NCBI RefSeq assembly: GCF_006345805.1
Contig: NC_043000.1
Location: 70,556,001 to 70,620,000, forward strand
Source: Octopus sinensis
Lineage: Eukaryota
Direction: 5' to 3'
Length of the DNA: 64,000 bases
The notes below the pieces were generated by a model. That model saw only the letters and a list, made by a program, of their open reading frames with translations. It had not been told where the DNA came from and did not search any database. Of the stretch, positions 61,893 to 64,000 are shown piece after piece. Numbering within the stretch: the first letter of the stretch is position 1; every line of letters starts with the position of its first letter. The translations under genes were made by a program, and so were the position numbers.

Positions 61893-62375
61893 ATCAACAA
61901 CATCATCATTTTTAACATCTGTTGTTCATCCAGGTATAGATTGGATGGTTTGCACTAGGCTCCAGTCTGATTTGGCATGGTTTCTACAGCTGGATGCCCT
62001 TTCTAACGCCAGGCATTTAGAGTGTGCTGGGCGCTTTTATGTGGCACCGCATGAGGAACTGGCGCAAGTGCTTTTTACATGGCACTAACACAGGATTCTT
62101 GTAAGCTAGTCCTCTTCACCAGAGGGACCGCCTTAACACTTCTGCTGTGGAGTATGGGTCTTCTTGAGTACAGCAAGGCACCAGGCATCTTGGTCCATCA
62201 TCATCTTACCTGAAAGGTTCAGTGTCATGGGGTCATTTTTCAGTACTTGGTCCCATGTCTTCCTGGATCTCTTACTTCCATGTGTTCCATCAGCACTTCC
62301 TTATGACGGTGTCGGCATCCATCCACATCACATGACCAAACTAGCGCAGTCAGCATCTAATCACTCTTGTACCTA
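61893..62375 (-). mobile_element. (GAT)n-tailed SINE core joined to an RTE C-terminal fragment
   Basis: SINE core at 61893-62088; minus-strand GTHGSKRSRKTWDQVLKND at about 62220-62290. Confidence 0.65.
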
Positions 62376-62789
62376 ATTTCTTTCTCATAAAATTTAAAGA
62401 ATGACAAAATAAACTATTGATTTTTTAAATCTAACATTACATTTGTTTTAGAAATTTTATTACTTTGTATTTATAAAACTACCTTGTCCTGATGAACTTA
62501 TTTTCATAACTAGATTTCACAGAATGATTTTATAGATATAAAGTTTTTAATTATTGAAACAAATATAGTGTCAGATTCAAAAAAAAAGAAAAAACCAATT
62601 CTTTCTTTCCTCCCATCACTACATTATAGACTAATACCAAATATATGCAGCTTTTTACTTAGTGAGTGTACAATATCGCAAAATGGAGGAGTTTAACACA
62701 GCATGGATATTGCACCCTAATTCTTATATCATGCATTTAAGCACAATAAAAATTCTACACACACACATATACATACATATATACTATAC

Positions 62790-63700
62790 ACAAGGGAACC
62801 ACTCTTATTTATCATAGTTCTCCAGGCCATAACAGATGAATTCAAAACTGGATGCCCATGAGAACTACTATATGATGATGATCTTGCTCTTATTGCAGAA
62901 TTGGAGAAGTTCCGGGTTTGGAAGCAAAACCTGGAACCAAATGGCCTTAAAGTTAACTTACCTAAGACTAGAGTTGTTGTTAGCAAGAAAGGAGATAAGA
63001 CTCTCATTCCGGCCGGCAAATGGCCTTGTTCAATATGTAGGAAAGGAGTGGGATGTAATTCCATTTGCTGCACCAAGTGTAAGCTATGGATGCTTAAGAG
63101 ATGCAGTGGAATTGCAGGTAGGTTAACAGACAAGGTTGCTTTAGTGTGTGGCAGATGTGCAGCAACATTAAGTACTAAGAGCATGGGGGACTTAAATTCT
63201 CTCAAATACCCAGGAGGTTCTCTTGAGGTAGTAGATAGTTTCTGCTTTTTAGGTGACCAAATTAGTAACAGAGGTGGATGTTCTGAAAGTATTGTTTCTA
63301 GATTAAGAATAGGGTGGAGGAAGTTCAGAGAACTACTAACTCTGTTGGCAGCAAAAGGACTCTCTCAGAGTGAAAGATAGGTTGCCTGATGCTTGTGAGA
63401 GAACAGCTACGTTAATGCGAGTGAGACATGGGCTCTGACTACAGAGGACATGCATAGGCTGGAGAGGAATGAAGACAGTATGCTCCATTGGACTTGCAAC
63501 ATCAGTGTTCATGACCAACAAAACACAACTGTTTTGAGAGAAAAGTTAGGCATAAGAGGGATAACATGTGGTATGCAAAAGAGGAGCTTACATTGGTTAG
63601 GACATGTGATGTGTACGAGTGAAGACAGCTGTATACAGAAGTGCCTGTCACTGAAAGTGGATGGTACCCATGGAAGAGGAGACCCAGGAAAACATGGGTT
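62790..63700 (+). mobile_element. RTE LINE fragment (RT motifs 5-7 with a Cys-rich PHD-like insert, and C-terminus)
   Basis: ELLYDDDLALIAE, GLKVNLPKTRVV, WPCSICRKGVGCNSICCTKCKLWMLKRC, LEVVDSFCFLG, RIGWRKFRELL and LHWLGHVM. Confidence 0.9.
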
Positions 63701-63702
63701 TA

Positions 63703-64000
63703 TAGGCGTAGGAGTGGCTGTGTGGTAAGTAGCATGCTTATGAACCACATGTTTCCGGATTCAGTTCCACTGTGTGGCACCTTGAGCAAGTGTCTTCCAC
63801 TATAGCCTCGGGCCGACCAAAACCTTGTGAGTGGATTTGGTAGACGGAAACTGAAAGAAGCCCATCGTATATATGTATGTATGTATATATATATATATGT
63901 ATGTCTGTGTTTGTCCCCCCCAACATCGCTTGACAACCAATGCTGGTGTGTTTACATCCACGTAACTTAGTGGTTCAGCAAAAGAGACTGATAGAATAAG
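63703..64000 (+). mobile_element. tRNA-derived SINE running off the window end
   Basis: Head taggcgtaggagtggctgtgtggtaag...ttcagttccactgtgtggcacc; same family as 51944. Confidence 0.75.

Overview
AT-rich, microsatellite- and retroposon-dense eukaryotic DNA. The SINE, RTE and MITE families look like those of an octopod cephalopod; this is inferred from pattern recognition, not from a search. The window holds the 3' part of one minus-strand gene, a KDM7/PHF8/PHF2-family JmjC histone demethylase. I traced 14 coding exons by hand from 32248 down to the stop at 6505. All junctions are GT-AG and phase-consistent, giving 4275 nt (1424 aa plus stop). The product runs from the second half of the Jumonji helical domain through the family motifs GIADILEAS, SPTMRDAIQGMLSM and CYKDDEY-IYPSL to the terminal KKPKKGFATAKQRLGRILKIH. 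I found no PHD or JmjC exons, so they probably lie beyond 64000, behind more than 31 kb of intron. The most notable observations are: a 2279-nt exon with a 10-aa 'KPDPLSL' repeat array that I do not recall in the vertebrate paralogues; a candidate 18-nt frame-preserving microexon with full splice signals and an upstream UGC motif inside the large intron; a candidate poison exon; and several long inverted repeats predicted to form dsRNA in the pre-mRNA. The rest is transposon debris (RTE and other LINEs, SINEs, piggyBac, Tc1/mariner, Helitron) and simple repeats. No rRNA, tRNA gene or CRISPR array was seen.
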